The notes: generated by a model not told the origin, from the letters alone. A stretch of 57,165 nt of DNA from Anaerolineae bacterium (GCA_049697655.1 JBAVWD010000472.1:1-57165); one strand, 5' to 3'; positions 8,534 through 19,123 are shown, counted from the stretch's first letter. Made by a program: numbers and translations.

Positions 8534-9634
8534 CTATCTCACGGAGTCTCCCACAGTAAGATGGCTTGGCCGACGATGTTCTTGGCGCAGGAAGGTCGGA
8601 ATGTCGAGATTGTCGTGGTCGAAGGGCGAGACAGGGAACTCCCTGATCTTCGAGCTGTCGGCCAGTGTCAGGCGCTTCTTCATGCCATCGAAGCCGGTGG
8701 CGATTACCGTGAGTCGGATCTCACCCTTCTCCATCTCGGGATCCATGACTGCTCCGAAGATGAGGTTGACGTCGGGATGAGCCATGTCTCTTATAACTCT
8801 GGCGGCTTCATCGACCTCGTGCAGCGTCAGGTCCATGCCACCGGTGACGTTGAAGAGGACTGCAGTTGCTCCATCGATGGTGACATCGAGCAGAGGGCTG
8901 CTCACTGCGGCATACGCGGCATCGACCGCCCTTGTGTCGCCGGTGGCTCGACCTACGGCCATGAGAGCCGAGCCTCCCTTGGACATGATGGCGCGCACGT
9001 CCGCGAAGTCCAGGTTGATCATACCCGGGACGGTGATCAACTCGGATATGCCCTGGATGCCCTGTCGCAGCACATCGTCGGCGAAGGAGAAAGCTTCTTG
9101 TAGGGAGTGCTTCTTGTCCACCAACTCCAGCAGACGCTGGTTGGGGATCACGATCAGGGTGTCGACCCTCTCCTTCAGGGCGCTGATGCCTTCTTCGGCA
9201 ACTTGCTTGCGCCGGTTGCCCTCGAAGTCGAAGGGCTTGGTCACCACTCCGATGGTCAGAGCGCCTGCCTCCTTGGCCAACTGCGCCAGGAGAGGGGACG
9301 CACCAGTCCCAGTGCCTCCCCCGATGCCTGCGGTAAGAAAGACCATATCCGCGTCCGCCACGGCATTCCTGAGCTCCTCTTCACTCTCCTTTGCAGCTTC
9401 GGCCCCGATCTGCGGATCGCCACCGGCTCCCAGACCCTTGGTCAGCTTGTGACCGATGCGGATCTGATAGGGCGCTTCGGAGAGGCAGAGAGCCTGGGCG
9501 TCGGTGTTCACCGCAATGAACTCCACACCTTGCAGGTTCTCCTTGATCATTCGATTGATGGCATTGCCACCGCCTCCTCCGATACCTATGACCTTGATCT
9601 TGGCGAAGTTGCTTGGCTCCGGCACGTAGTCCAT
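8534..9634 (-). CDS. ftsZ: Cell division GTPase FtsZ
   Basis: Tubulin signature GGGTGTGA in [15 protein letters not shown]-terminal [17 protein letters not shown]. Last gene of the dcw cluster. Confidence 0.97.
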   Translation of the reverse strand: MDYVPEPSNFAKIKVIGIGGGGGNAINRMIKENLQGVEFIAVNTDAQALCLSEAPYQIRIGHKLTKGLGAGGDPQIGAEAAKESEEELRNAVADADMVFLTAGIGGGTGTGASPLLAQLAKEAGALTIGVVTKPFDFEGNRRKQVAEEGISALKERVDTLIVIPNQRLLELVDKKHSLQEAFSFADDVLRQGIQGISELITVPGMINLDFADVRAIMSKGGSALMAVGRATGDTRAVDAAYAAVSSPLLDVTIDGATAVLFNVTGGMDLTLHEVDEAARVIRDMAHPDVNLIFGAVMDPEMEKGEIRLTVIATGFDGMKKRLTLADSSKIREFPVSPFDHDNLDIPTFLRQEHRRPSHLTVGDSVR

Positions 9635-9703
9635 TCTTCGTTACCTCCCTTTCTCAACTTGTGATCCCTCCGACGATAGCTTGTGTGGCGTTGTCAGCTT
9701 GTT

Positions 9704-10930
9704 CTATCCAGGGCTGAGAGCGCTCAACAGATGTTTCAAGCGCCGTAGCACCCCCTGTCCATCTCGCGATCCGTTGCTCCTCACGTCTGGTCCGTATCTA
9801 AGAGCCCACAGTAGCAGGCCTACGGTGCAGGCATACGCCGGGTCTCTCACCGATTCCACGAGGCCTTCCAGGCCACGGGGAGAGCCTATGCGCACGGGCA
9901 GCCCAAGCGTGTCACGAGCAAGCTGCTTGATGCCGGCGAGCTCCGCTGTCCCCCCGCAGAGCACAACACCAGCAGGTAGGAGTCCATCGTATCCAGAGCG
10001 CTTGATCTCGCGCAGTATGAGTTCGAGGATCTCCTCCATTCGTACGTTGATTATCTCCGCGAGCTGGACGCGGGACACCGATCGATGCGAGCTGTCACCG
10101 AACGAGGTGGCATCGACGACCGCATCTGATTCCATGGAGCCTGGAATCGCGTGCCCATACTTGGTTTTCAGAGCCTCAGCGACCGCAAACGGTGTACGGA
10201 GTCCAACCGCCAGATCGTGAGTGAGGTGGTTACCGCCTACCGGCAAAACGACGGTGTGCCAGACACTCCCGTCGATGAAGACCGCCATGTCTGTGGTCCC
10301 TCCACCGATGTCGACCAGGGCTACGCCGAGGTCCTTCTCTGGATCGGTCAGCACTGCCTCGCCTGCGGCGATGGGTTGCACGATGAGGTTCCCCACCCGC
10401 ACACCGGCGTTTTGCACGCACTCCACCAAGTTGTGAAGGGAGGCCGAAGCTCCCGTCACTATGTGCGCTTCGACCTCAAGCCGGAAGCCGCGTAACCCCA
10501 GGGGGTTACGTACTCCATCTTGCTCGTCGATGATGTACCCGCGTGGGATCGCGTGGAGCAACTCCCGACTGGGGGGAATGGCAATGGCACGGGCTGCGTC
10601 CATGGCGCGACTAATGTCGTCCTGGACGATCATGCGCTCGCCTCGGGAGATAGCGGCTATGCCCCGGCTGTTGACACCCATAATGTGAGATCCCGATACG
10701 CCGACGCAGGCGCTGTCGATGGAGTAGCCCGAGACCTTCTCTGCCTTCTCCACGGATTCAGCTATCGCCTGGGTGGCTTGCTCAACGTCCAGAACCACTC
10801 CCTTGCGCAATCCACGCGAAGGGGAGACGCCCACGCCAACGATGCGGAGTTCCGCTTCCTCGCTGGGTTCGGCGACCAAGGTACACACCTTGGTTGTGCC
10901 CACGTCTATGGCTACTATTGCTTCTTCCAC
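9704..10930 (-). CDS. ftsA: Cell division protein FtsA (actin-like ATPase)
   Basis: AIDVGTTKVCTLV phosphate-1 motif and VDIGGGTTD phosphate-2 motif. Positioned between ftsQ and ftsZ. Confidence 0.95.
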   Translation of the reverse strand: MEEAIVAIDVGTTKVCTLVAEPSEEAELRIVGVGVSPSRGLRKGVVLDVEQATQAIAESVEKAEKVSGYSIDSACVGVSGSHIMGVNSRGIAAISRGERMIVQDDISRAMDAARAIAIPPSRELLHAIPRGYIIDEQDGVRNPLGLRGFRLEVEAHIVTGASASLHNLVECVQNAGVRVGNLIVQPIAAGEAVLTDPEKDLGVALVDIGGGTTDMAVFIDGSVWHTVVLPVGGNHLTHDLAVGLRTPFAVAEALKTKYGHAIPGSMESDAVVDATSFGDSSHRSVSRVQLAEIINVRMEEILELILREIKRSGYDGLLPAGVVLCGGTAELAGIKQLARDTLGLPVRIGSPRGLEGLVESVRDPAYACTVGLLLWALRYGPDVRSNGSRDGQGVLRRLKHLLSALSPG

Positions 10931-10964
10931 GTTGTCCTCCTCCGGCCTGTTCGCGCCATTGCCT

Positions 10965-11801
10965 CTATTGCTCCTCGTTGGACGGTTCGGCTAGCTGGTA
11001 GAGCGGACTTTCCGGAAAGCGGACGTCTATGTACTCTACGGTCTCCGCCTGGTTTGCCAGTCGCTCCACAAGTGCATCCACGATGGCGACTTTGAGTCCC
11101 GCGCCTTCGCCATCACCAAGATACACTCGCCAACCGTGCTCATTCTGGTAGCTCAGTCCGTGCTCCCGCGTGTACTGATACTGACTTACCTGGGAGAGCA
11201 AGGAGTGATAGATCTCAGCCGCGGCTACCGCCGCCAAGTCCACTCGATCGCCCAGCTGGAGTGGCGTGGTATCGAGATCAGTGACCACGATGGCTGGTTG
11301 AGTGTCTCCCGGCAAAGATACGGTCAAGCCTTCATCGTCCACGCCGTAGCGGGCCTCTCCCGTCTGCCAGACCACGCGTGCCTCACGCTCTCGCACCTCG
11401 ATGACCATCTGCCTGGGTAGGCTGACTGTTACCTTGGCTTGCCTTACGTCAGGAAGCATGGTGATGCGTTGCTCCGCCACCTTCGGGTCGATGAAGAAGA
11501 TGCTGTATCCCTGCATTGCTGTCTGCTGAAACACCTCTTCTGCCGATAATAAGACGTTGCCGCTCACGGTGACGTCATACACATAGTAGGTGTCGGAGAG
11601 AAAGACGTAGGCAAGCGTTGCCAGTAACCCCAAAGCGAGGAGGAAACTAGCGACACGAGGCCTCAAAGGGGAGCGTGCACGACTCCGTGAGCCGACGCGC
11701 AGGCGCTGTTGGGCCACCGCCTGGTCGTAACGTCTTCCCAGACGCATCTCGGAACGGCGTGGCTTCCTTTCTGGCTTCTTCGCCCAGGGTAGCGTTGACA
11801 T
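10965..11801 (-). CDS. ftsQ: Cell division protein FtsQ/DivIB-like (single TM plus POTRA-like domain)
   Basis: Basic N-terminus, one TM helix (FLLALGLLATLAYVFL), then a YYVYDVTVSGN POTRA-like start. Conserved position between murB and ftsA. Confidence 0.75.
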   Translation of the reverse strand: MSTLPWAKKPERKPRRSEMRLGRRYDQAVAQQRLRVGSRSRARSPLRPRVASFLLALGLLATLAYVFLSDTYYVYDVTVSGNVLLSAEEVFQQTAMQGYSIFFIDPKVAEQRITMLPDVRQAKVTVSLPRQMVIEVREREARVVWQTGEARYGVDDEGLTVSLPGDTQPAIVVTDLDTTPLQLGDRVDLAAVAAAEIYHSLLSQVSQYQYTREHGLSYQNEHGWRVYLGDGEGAGLKVAIVDALVERLANQAETVEYIDVRFPESPLYQLAEPSNEEQ

Positions 11802-11816
11802 CTTGGTGTCTTCCTC

Positions 11817-12758
11817 TCAGTTGGCGTAAGGTTCTCGCCAATCGCCGATCAACTCGATCTCCAGCTCCAGTTCTACGCCGAAGAGGTGATGGACTCTCTC
11901 TTTCGCCAGGTTGATCAGTCTCAACACCTCCAGCGCCTTCGCCCGGCCGGTGTTGACTATGTAGTTGGCGTGCTGGTGCGAGATCTGGGCGTCGCCGATG
12001 TGGGTACCTCGAAGCCCTGCCTCTTCGATCAATTGGCCCGCGCTCCGACCTGGTGGGTTCTTGAACACGGAGCCAGCACTTGGCTCGCGAGGCTGAGCAG
12101 CCTGTCGGAGTGCAGTGAATCGCTGCATCCGTCCCTTCAGCACATCTGTTTCTTCCGGGACGAGCTGCAGGTCAGCGGATAGAATGATGTCATTCCGGTG
12201 TGTCGCTTCTCTGAAGCGGCTGGTACGGTAGCCGAGCTCCAATTCCTCAGGAAGAAGCTCGCGAATCTCTCCTTCACGGTCCAAGATGCTGACCCGGCGC
12301 ACTACCCCGGCGATCTCTCCGTCGTAGGCGCCGGCGTTGTTGACAATGGCCCCTCCCATCGTGCCCGGAATACCAACGGCCCATTCCAGCCCTCCTGACC
12401 CGGACTTGGCTGTTTGGCGCGCCAGCCGCGCCAGAACGACTCCAGCCTCCGCGTACACTCGCCGTGATGTTCTGTCCAGACTCTGGCCCAGGCACCGATT
12501 CATGATTACCAGGCCTCTGTAGCCTCTGTCGGCCACCAATAGGTTCGTGCCTCTGCCCCATACCATAAACGGTTGCTCCAGTTCCCGCGCCAGCGCGACC
12601 CAGGCGCAAAGCTGCTCAATGCTCTTGACGGCGGCCAGGAAGTCGGCTGGACCCCCGATCCCATAGGATGTGTGTTTGCTCAATGGCTCATTCAGCGACA
12701 AAGCGGCCGCAAGCCCTCTCTCCTGAGCCAGGTCAGGTAGACTCCGTAGCCGCGACAT
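11817..12758 (-). CDS. murB: UDP-N-acetylenolpyruvoylglucosamine reductase
   Basis: EPLSKHTSYGIGGPADF, GRGTNLLV and C-terminal GSVFKNP motifs. I prefer the internal ATG at 12758 (MSRLRSL) over the ORF-track start at 12866, which lies deep inside murC. Confidence 0.9.
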   Translation of the reverse strand: MSRLRSLPDLAQERGLAAALSLNEPLSKHTSYGIGGPADFLAAVKSIEQLCAWVALARELEQPFMVWGRGTNLLVADRGYRGLVIMNRCLGQSLDRTSRRVYAEAGVVLARLARQTAKSGSGGLEWAVGIPGTMGGAIVNNAGAYDGEIAGVVRRVSILDREGEIRELLPEELELGYRTSRFREATHRNDIILSADLQLVPEETDVLKGRMQRFTALRQAAQPREPSAGSVFKNPPGRSAGQLIEEAGLRGTHIGDAQISHQHANYIVNTGRAKALEVLRLINLAKERVHHLFGVELELEIELIGDWREPYAN

Positions 12759-14184
12759 CGTCCGAATACTCCTGCCCCAGGATGCCCAGAAGTTCCTCCC
12801 CCACTTGCCAGACATCGCCAGCACCCATGGTGATGACCACGTCGCCTGGCAACAGTTGCCTGGCAAGCCACTCGGTTGCGTCGTTGAGGTCAGCGATGTG
12901 CACCACGCCGGGGTGACTCATCATCTTCACCAGATCCTCGGATGCGACACCCAGCGTGTTGTCTTCGCGAGCTGCATAGATCGCGGTGACAACTACTCCG
13001 TCCGCGTCATCGAAGGCGCCGGAGAATTCGGCCAGCAACGTCCTGGTGCGACTATACGTGTGTGGTTGGAAGACGACCCACAGACGGCGTCCAGAGTATC
13101 GCCTGCGGGCACCGGCCAGCGTCGCTTTGATCTCGCTGGGGTGATGTGCGTAGTCGTCCACAACCGTGATCCCTTGCCATTCACCCTTCACTTCAAAGCG
13201 ACGTCCCACACCTTGGAAGTAGCGCAACGTCTCACGCGAGTAGGCCGGTTCCAGACCCAGGTGATGGGCGATCCCTATCGCTGCCAGAGCATTGGACACA
13301 TTATGGCTTCCGGGGATACTGAGCTGGAACCAGCCCTTCTGTTCATCCCCTGCCATCACTCGGAAGTCCATGCCTCCGAGGGGATTCTGCTGAAGGTCCA
13401 GTGCCCTCCAGTGGGCATCGGTCCCCAGACCGTAGGTTTTCGCATTGCTCCCACTAAGAGCCGCGACCACCATTCTGACCTGGGGATCGTCGCCGCAGGC
13501 CATGATGAAACCGTCCTTTGGTACTGCGGCCAGGAACTGGCCGAAGGTCTTCGTGATGTCCTCCAGATCGGCGTAGCAGTCTGGGTGATCCATTTCGATG
13601 CTGGTCACGACCGCCGCTTGGGGGCGGAGTCTTAGGAAAGTACGATCGTATTCATCGGCCTCTACGACGAAGTACTTTCCCTTACCTTCCCTGGCGTTGG
13701 CTCCCAGTTCGGGCACGATGCCACCGACGATCATCGTCGGGTCCAGGTTGGCCTTCTGAAGAATGAGCCCAATCATGGCGGTCACAGTGGTTTTGCCGTG
13801 AGTGCCCGCCACAGCAATCCCATATCGACCATTCATCAGCCAAGCCAGCGCCTGGCCCCTCTCGAACACCGGTAGGCGGCCCTTTCTGGCCGATGTGACC
13901 TCTGGGTTGTTGTCCCTGATGGCTGAAGACACGATGATGGCCTCTGCATCGTTGACGTTCCGAGATCTGTGTCCCTGGTATACCGTGGCTCCCAGCTTGA
14001 CCAGATCACGCGTGATCGGCGAGAGGCGCATGTCGGAGCCAGAGACTACGTACCCGCGCTGTAGTAGTATGCGGGCTATGGCACTTAGTCCGATGCCCCC
14101 AATACCCACGAGATGTATGTGTGCCCCGGGCTTCAGGGCGCGAAGGACATGGTCGTCGCTGATTCCGGTGACCCGACCCGTCAT
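12733..14184 (-). CDS. murC: UDP-N-acetylmuramate--L-alanine ligase
   Basis: HLVGIGGIGLSAIARIL N-terminus and the Mur ligase P-loop GTHGKTTVTAM. Confidence 0.95.
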   Translation of the reverse strand: MTGRVTGISDDHVLRALKPGAHIHLVGIGGIGLSAIARILLQRGYVVSGSDMRLSPITRDLVKLGATVYQGHRSRNVNDAEAIIVSSAIRDNNPEVTSARKGRLPVFERGQALAWLMNGRYGIAVAGTHGKTTVTAMIGLILQKANLDPTMIVGGIVPELGANAREGKGKYFVVEADEYDRTFLRLRPQAAVVTSIEMDHPDCYADLEDITKTFGQFLAAVPKDGFIMACGDDPQVRMVVAALSGSNAKTYGLGTDAHWRALDLQQNPLGGMDFRVMAGDEQKGWFQLSIPGSHNVSNALAAIGIAHHLGLEPAYSRETLRYFQGVGRRFEVKGEWQGITVVDDYAHHPSEIKATLAGARRRYSGRRLWVVFQPHTYSRTRTLLAEFSGAFDDADGVVVTAIYAAREDNTLGVASEDLVKMMSHPGVVHIADLNDATEWLARQLLPGDVVITMGAGDVWQVGEELLGILGQEYSDDVAATEST

Positions 14185-14732
14185 CTCACGACCCTCATCA
14201 CGATCATGAACGGCACCAGGAAGAGCAGATACGGCTCAAGTAGTGCCACCGGCATCAAGGGTACGAGGTAGTTCTGCGCGAAGGGGGTCAGCGGTGGTCT
14301 GAACAGCCCCAGCACCTGGATGGGGTAGTTGAACGCGTGCAGATAGTGCCAGATTGTTCCCGATATCAAGTAGCCGTTAAGCAGCCCACTCATCAGATTC
14401 AGAAGTACCCCCGCGGGTCCTCTCGGCGCTTCCCCAACAAAGGCCAGCGTCTCTCCATGGTAGGATATGACCACGATGGCCACGAAGAGCAGTATGTAGA
14501 ACAGGGATTGAGTCAATGCACTGTACTGGCCCTCGAACACCACGCTGCCCTGGGCGTACCTGGCGAGAAAGGAATCCAGCACGAGCAGCACTGACTCACC
14601 GCCCTTGGTCAACAACAGCAGAGCCGCCAGAATCGTCGTGGTGACACCCAGCTCCTTGGGATAGCCCCGCACTACGCCCACGACGGCAAAAACGCCTATC
14701 AGTACCGCCCAGACGACTTCCAGTGGTCCCAC
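14181..14732 (-). CDS. CvpA-like polytopic membrane protein (function unknown)
   Basis: 183 aa with about 4-5 hydrophobic helices. The N-terminal helix followed by VRGYPKEL resembles the CvpA l.RGf.rE motif. ATGA overlap with the murC start. Confidence 0.6.
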   Translation of the reverse strand: MGPLEVVWAVLIGVFAVVGVVRGYPKELGVTTTILAALLLLTKGGESVLLVLDSFLARYAQGSVVFEGQYSALTQSLFYILLFVAIVVISYHGETLAFVGEAPRGPAGVLLNLMSGLLNGYLISGTIWHYLHAFNYPIQVLGLFRPPLTPFAQNYLVPLMPVALLEPYLLFLVPFMIVMRVVR

Positions 14733-14786
14733 GTTTGAATCCCTGTTAGGAACTCCCTGTTATCACTTACTTTGGTCTCGGCTCGG

Positions 14787-15440
14787 CTAGACCTCGGCGG
14801 GCCTTCTCATCAGGCGTACAGCCACGAGGACGAAGATCACGAATAGCACCAGGACTACCACAGCGGCGCTCACGTGAGGAAATCCGAGCGCGCTTGGAAG
14901 GCCCTGGGCGATGTTGGGTAGGCCCTCTTCCGTGGCCGAAGCTACCGGAAGGTTGATCTCTTGTCGATACGGCAACAGCGGCAGCAACAGGTAACTCAGA
15001 GTGAATCCGTTGGCGACACCCAGTACCGCACCCATCAGCCGTTGGAGCAGTGAAGTGGGCGGTTTGCCCAGACGAACGACGAGGGTGAACACAAGTACAA
15101 CGGCAGAGACGAAGACTACCAGCAGAAGCACGCGGGCCTGGTCCACGTTGCCAGGATCGACCAGCATGGCCTTGGCGACGCCGGACGCCTCGAGGCAGCC
15201 CTCCGTGTCTGTCTGCGATCCGCATGAAACGAAGAAGAGGAGCCCTTTGTACGTGGAGTTGACGGCATTGATCAGGCTCTCTCTGCGGGCTCCCAGAAGC
15301 CCCCACAGAGCCAGAATCGGGACGAAGGCCATCAACTGACCTCTCCAGCCACGTTTCAGACCGACAGCGGTTGATGCCGCCAGGGAGGTGGCAATCACGA
15401 TCAGGTATTGGAGCACTGCGGGTTCGAAGCTCAGACTCAT
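14787..15440 (-). CDS. CvpA-like polytopic membrane protein (function unknown)
   Basis: 217 aa, hydrophobic. The N-terminal helix is followed by LKRGWRGQL. ATGA overlap with the murG stop. Confidence 0.55.
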   Translation of the reverse strand: MSLSFEPAVLQYLIVIATSLAASTAVGLKRGWRGQLMAFVPILALWGLLGARRESLINAVNSTYKGLLFFVSCGSQTDTEGCLEASGVAKAMLVDPGNVDQARVLLLVVFVSAVVLVFTLVVRLGKPPTSLLQRLMGAVLGVANGFTLSYLLLPLLPYRQEINLPVASATEEGLPNIAQGLPSALGFPHVSAAVVVLVLFVIFVLVAVRLMRRPAEV

Positions 15441-16564
15441 GTTTGCGCTCTCGATATAGGTCTGTTCGGACGGGCTATGTCCCTGAGCAATTGGGCAATC
15501 CGTCTGGAGGCGTCGGGTTGCGCAAGACGGCGGGCTCCGTCGGCAAGCTGGCTCAGTCTCTCCTCGTCTGTGAGCAGACCGAGGATGGTTTCCCCAAGGA
15601 TTCCTTGAGCAAGGTCGGCATCATCCACGCGGATCGCTGCTTCGTGGTCCACCATGTGGTCGGCGTTGAGGTTCTGATGTAGTCCCGCATAGGGATAGGG
15701 CACCAGGATGCTCGGCAGGCCGAGTGCTGGGAACTCGCCCGTGGTGGCCGCTCCGGCGCGGGCCACGGCGAGATCGGCAGCCGCCAGGGCGTCGATCATC
15801 TCTTCGTGAAGATACGGATAGACTCTGTAGTGCTGGACCACGGACTTGGGAAGCTCAGACCTTCGCGAACAGAGCCAAGGCGCGTCGGCCTCTCCGCTGA
15901 TGTGTACGATCTGGCAGACCTCCAGCAAATCCGCCAGCGCAGAGCTTATCGCCACATTGATGCTGTGGGCTCCCTGGCTACCCCCCAACACCAGCAGCAC
16001 CTTCTTGTTCTCGTCCAAGCCCAGTCTACGTCGGGAAGCGGCCTTGTCCGCTTCGAAAAGCTCCATCCTGACCGGATATCCAGTCACCACTGCCTTACCG
16101 CGCGCAAAGTAGGATGTCGATCTGTCGACCGATACTGCTACCAGGGTTGCGTAGCGTCCCAGCAATCGAACCGCCATGCCCGGAGTCAGGTCGGGCAGGT
16201 ACATCACGCTGGGCACTCTCTTGATACGGGCAGCCAGTATGGGAGGAGCGCACACATAGCCGCCCGTGGCCAGTAGTGCTTGGGGCCGGAACTCGTCCAT
16301 GATGTTGATGGACTGGATCGTCCCGCGCGCAAGCCTTGCCAGGCGCACGGGCAGAGTCCACGGAGTTGCCTCCTGGAAGCTCGCCGTGCTGATCCCACGG
16401 AAGGGCAAGCCCGCTCTGTCTGCCAGTTGGGCCTCTATGCCAGACGCACTGCCCACGTAACAAACCTCCGATGGTGATTCGTCGGGCTCATCAAGATACT
16501 GAAGAACGGCCAGAATAGGGTAGACGTGCCCTCCGGTCCCGCCGCCCGATACCAAGAGGCGCAT
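15437..16564 (-). CDS. murG: Lipid II synthase MurG (UDP-GlcNAc transferase)
   Basis: MRLLVSGGGTGGHVYP N-terminus and C-terminal ARAGAATTGE motif. Confidence 0.95.
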   Translation of the reverse strand: MRLLVSGGGTGGHVYPILAVLQYLDEPDESPSEVCYVGSASGIEAQLADRAGLPFRGISTASFQEATPWTLPVRLARLARGTIQSINIMDEFRPQALLATGGYVCAPPILAARIKRVPSVMYLPDLTPGMAVRLLGRYATLVAVSVDRSTSYFARGKAVVTGYPVRMELFEADKAASRRRLGLDENKKVLLVLGGSQGAHSINVAISSALADLLEVCQIVHISGEADAPWLCSRRSELPKSVVQHYRVYPYLHEEMIDALAAADLAVARAGAATTGEFPALGLPSILVPYPYAGLHQNLNADHMVDHEAAIRVDDADLAQGILGETILGLLTDEERLSQLADGARRLAQPDASRRIAQLLRDIARPNRPISRAQT

Positions 16565-17717
16565 CCTGCTCCTTTGTCTTCTCTTTGCTGCCCCGGGAGA
16601 TGCTCAAGAGCATGCCCACGCCCATCATGGAGATCACCAATGATGAGCCGCCCAGGCTGATGAAAGGCAATGGCAGACCCGTGAAGGGCAAGCTGTCGGT
16701 CACCACCGCCACGTTGATCATGGCCTGGAACGTCAGCCAGACAGTTATCCCGGAAGCCAGAATGAAACCGAAAGAGTCGTTGGCGCGCTGAGCGATTTTG
16801 AAGCCACGGTAGGCAAAGGCCGCGAACAGACCGAGCACAGCCAGACAGCCCAGCAGCCCAAGTTCCTCCCCCAAGACGGCGAATATGGCATCACTCTCGG
16901 CTGCAGGGAGGAGGTTTTTCTGCTGTCCCGAGCCCAGCCCTACGCCTGCGATTCCTCCGGATCCCAGGGTCACCAGCGTGTGCATGACCTGATACGTGTC
17001 CTGCGCGAGAACGGCGCCAAAGGGCTTCTGGAGTACGGCGAAGGGGTCCTGAGAGAAGGTGACGATCCTCTCCCAGGCGTACTCATAGTTGGCGATGACT
17101 AGCAGTAGCGTGCTGCCGCCCACCATGGTGCTCACTATCAACTGAATCACGTCTGCTCCTGCGATGAAGAACATGGTGCCTGCGGCGGCGACGATGAGGA
17201 TTGTCGTCCCGAAGTCAGGCTCCAAGATGATCAAGCTGGCGATGAAGCCGATAAGGATGGCGAAGGGCACCAATCCGTACGTGACCTGCCTCAGTTTCTC
17301 CCCCTTGGAGGAGAGCCAGTGCGCCACGTACAGCACCATTGCCAGCTTGCAGATCTCGCTGGGCTGAATCGAATCGCCCAGGATCCTGCGCCTGGCGCCA
17401 TGGACGGCTGGACCTGCCATCAGTACGTATACCAGCAGAAGAACCGTCAGCAACATGAATACGACGGAGAACTTCTGCCACTTGTGATACTCCACCCTCA
17501 TCATGAGGGCCATGATGTCGAGACCCATCGCAGCCCAGACTGCCTGCCGGATCAGGTAGTAGGTGGGCTGATCGGCGCGCGTGTACCCCATGGTGAAAGT
17601 GGCGCTGTAGACCATGATCAGCCCGATCAGCACCAGGGCGACAACGATGAGGATCAGGACGTAGTCGGGTCGCTCGCTTGCCAGGCTGTTTCTCTCAGGC
17701 ATCCTTACCTTCCGCAT
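16491..17717 (-). CDS. ftsW: SEDS-family peptidoglycan polymerase FtsW
   Basis: About 10 TM helices. FQPSE-like DSIQPSEICK. C-terminal PFTGLPLPFISLGGSS. Sits in the dcw position between murD and murG. The tail overlaps the murG start by 74 nt. Confidence 0.9.
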   Translation of the reverse strand: MRKVRMPERNSLASERPDYVLILIVVALVLIGLIMVYSATFTMGYTRADQPTYYLIRQAVWAAMGLDIMALMMRVEYHKWQKFSVVFMLLTVLLLVYVLMAGPAVHGARRRILGDSIQPSEICKLAMVLYVAHWLSSKGEKLRQVTYGLVPFAILIGFIASLIILEPDFGTTILIVAAAGTMFFIAGADVIQLIVSTMVGGSTLLLVIANYEYAWERIVTFSQDPFAVLQKPFGAVLAQDTYQVMHTLVTLGSGGIAGVGLGSGQQKNLLPAAESDAIFAVLGEELGLLGCLAVLGLFAAFAYRGFKIAQRANDSFGFILASGITVWLTFQAMINVAVVTDSLPFTGLPLPFISLGGSSLVISMMGVGMLLSISRGSKEKTKEQDAPLGIGRRDRRARLPYSGRSSVS

Positions 17718-19123
17718 GCAGGCATACGCTGCTGCGAGTCCTCCAGTTCGCGCACCAGGGACTGGAAATGGGCGCCCCTCTCCGCGAAGTCTTTGTACAT
17801 ATCAAAACTGGTACATGCCGGCGATAGGAGGACGACATCGCCCCCCTCTGCCAGTTGGGCTGCGGCAAGCACGGCCTCGCGCATGTCCGCCGAGTGGTAG
17901 ATGGGCAGCCGCTCGCCTCGCGTTGCCCGATGTGCCTGCAGAACGGCCTGCTCCAGAAGAGGAGCTGCTTCTCCAAAGAGAACGAGGGCCTTCACCTTAG
18001 CCAAGATCAGCTGTGCCAGTTCTTCCAGGGGAAGGTGTTTCTCACGCCCCCCCGCCAACAGAATGATGGGGTTGGCAAAGGACTTCAGTGCGGCGATGGC
18101 TCTTTGCGGAGAAGTGGCTATGGAATCATCGTAATACCGGGCTCCCGCGATCTGCGCGACCAACTCAAGACGATGCTCGACTCCGCCGAAGGCGGTGACT
18201 ACGGTGCGCATGGCCCCGGTCTTTGCTCCGGCTGCCGCTGAGATGGCGCAGGCCGCGAGGACATTATCCACATTGTGTGGCCCGAGCAGTTTGATCTCTG
18301 AAACATCACAGACGGTCCGTGTCTCGCCTTTCCACCGAATCACGACGCTTTCCTTGTCCAAGAAGGCGCCTGCGTCTACCTGCCTTTCGTGGCTGAAGAG
18401 TGCCACCTGGCCCCGGCATAACCGCGCGAGTTCGCGCGTAAGTGGCTGGTCGGCATTGAGAATGGCGTGATCGCCCGGGCCCTGGAACCTGATGATGTTG
18501 GTCTTGGCTGCCACATAGTCGTCCATCGACTCATGCCGGTCGAGATGGTTCGGTGAAAGGTTGAGCAGCGCAGCGATGTGCGGGCTCTGGTCCAGCCCCG
18601 CCAACTGGAAGCTGGACAATTCCATCACTACGCTATCTTCTTCCTTCAGCTGGTCTACGAGGTTGATGAGTGGCGAGCCAATGTTGCCTCCGACGAAGGT
18701 TCGGCGGCCCTGTGCTTTCATGATCTCTCCAACCAGGGCTGTAGTCGTCGTCTTGCCGCTGCTGCCAGTGATACCGATGATGGGCGCAGGGCACAGGCTG
18801 AAGAAGAGCTTGGTCTCGCTGCTCAGTTCTATCCCCCGTTCCTGAGCTTCCCGGAGCAGCGGTATCTGCTTCGGCACCCCGGGGCTGACAAAGATCACAT
18901 CTGTATCGAGCGCCTCCCGAGGATGCCCGCCCAGCAGGTAGCGGATGGACAGCCCAGCAAGCTCGTCCAGCGCGCCCTGGAGTTGGTTCGCGTCCTTGAT
19001 GTCAGTGACAGTCACCTTCGCCCCACAGCCGGCCAGATACCTGGCCAGAGCTATTCCTTCGCGTCCCAAACCGATGATAGTGACCCTCTCTCCTTCGTAC
19101 CCCACGGTGTTGGTGGATGTCAT
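17705..19123 (-). CDS. murD: UDP-N-acetylmuramoylalanine--D-glutamate ligase
   Basis: VTIIGLGREGIALARYL N-terminus and P-loop GITGSSGKTTTT. Confidence 0.95.
   Translation of the reverse strand: MTSTNTVGYEGERVTIIGLGREGIALARYLAGCGAKVTVTDIKDANQLQGALDELAGLSIRYLLGGHPREALDTDVIFVSPGVPKQIPLLREAQERGIELSSETKLFFSLCPAPIIGITGSSGKTTTTALVGEIMKAQGRRTFVGGNIGSPLINLVDQLKEEDSVVMELSSFQLAGLDQSPHIAALLNLSPNHLDRHESMDDYVAAKTNIIRFQGPGDHAILNADQPLTRELARLCRGQVALFSHERQVDAGAFLDKESVVIRWKGETRTVCDVSEIKLLGPHNVDNVLAACAISAAAGAKTGAMRTVVTAFGGVEHRLELVAQIAGARYYDDSIATSPQRAIAALKSFANPIILLAGGREKHLPLEELAQLILAKVKALVLFGEAAPLLEQAVLQAHRATRGERLPIYHSADMREAVLAAAQLAEGGDVVLLSPACTSFDMYKDFAERGAHFQSLVRELEDSQQRMPACGR

Noticed and set aside
16491-16564. 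The 74-nt overlap between the ftsW tail and the murG start, considered as a possible frameshift or assembly artefact.
   Set aside because: Both proteins have complete family-typical ends (FtsW ...GGSSLVISMMGVGMLLSISRG, MurG MRLLVSGGGTGGH). The overlapping FtsW tail is a basic, poorly conserved extension, and overlaps of this size occur in dcw clusters.
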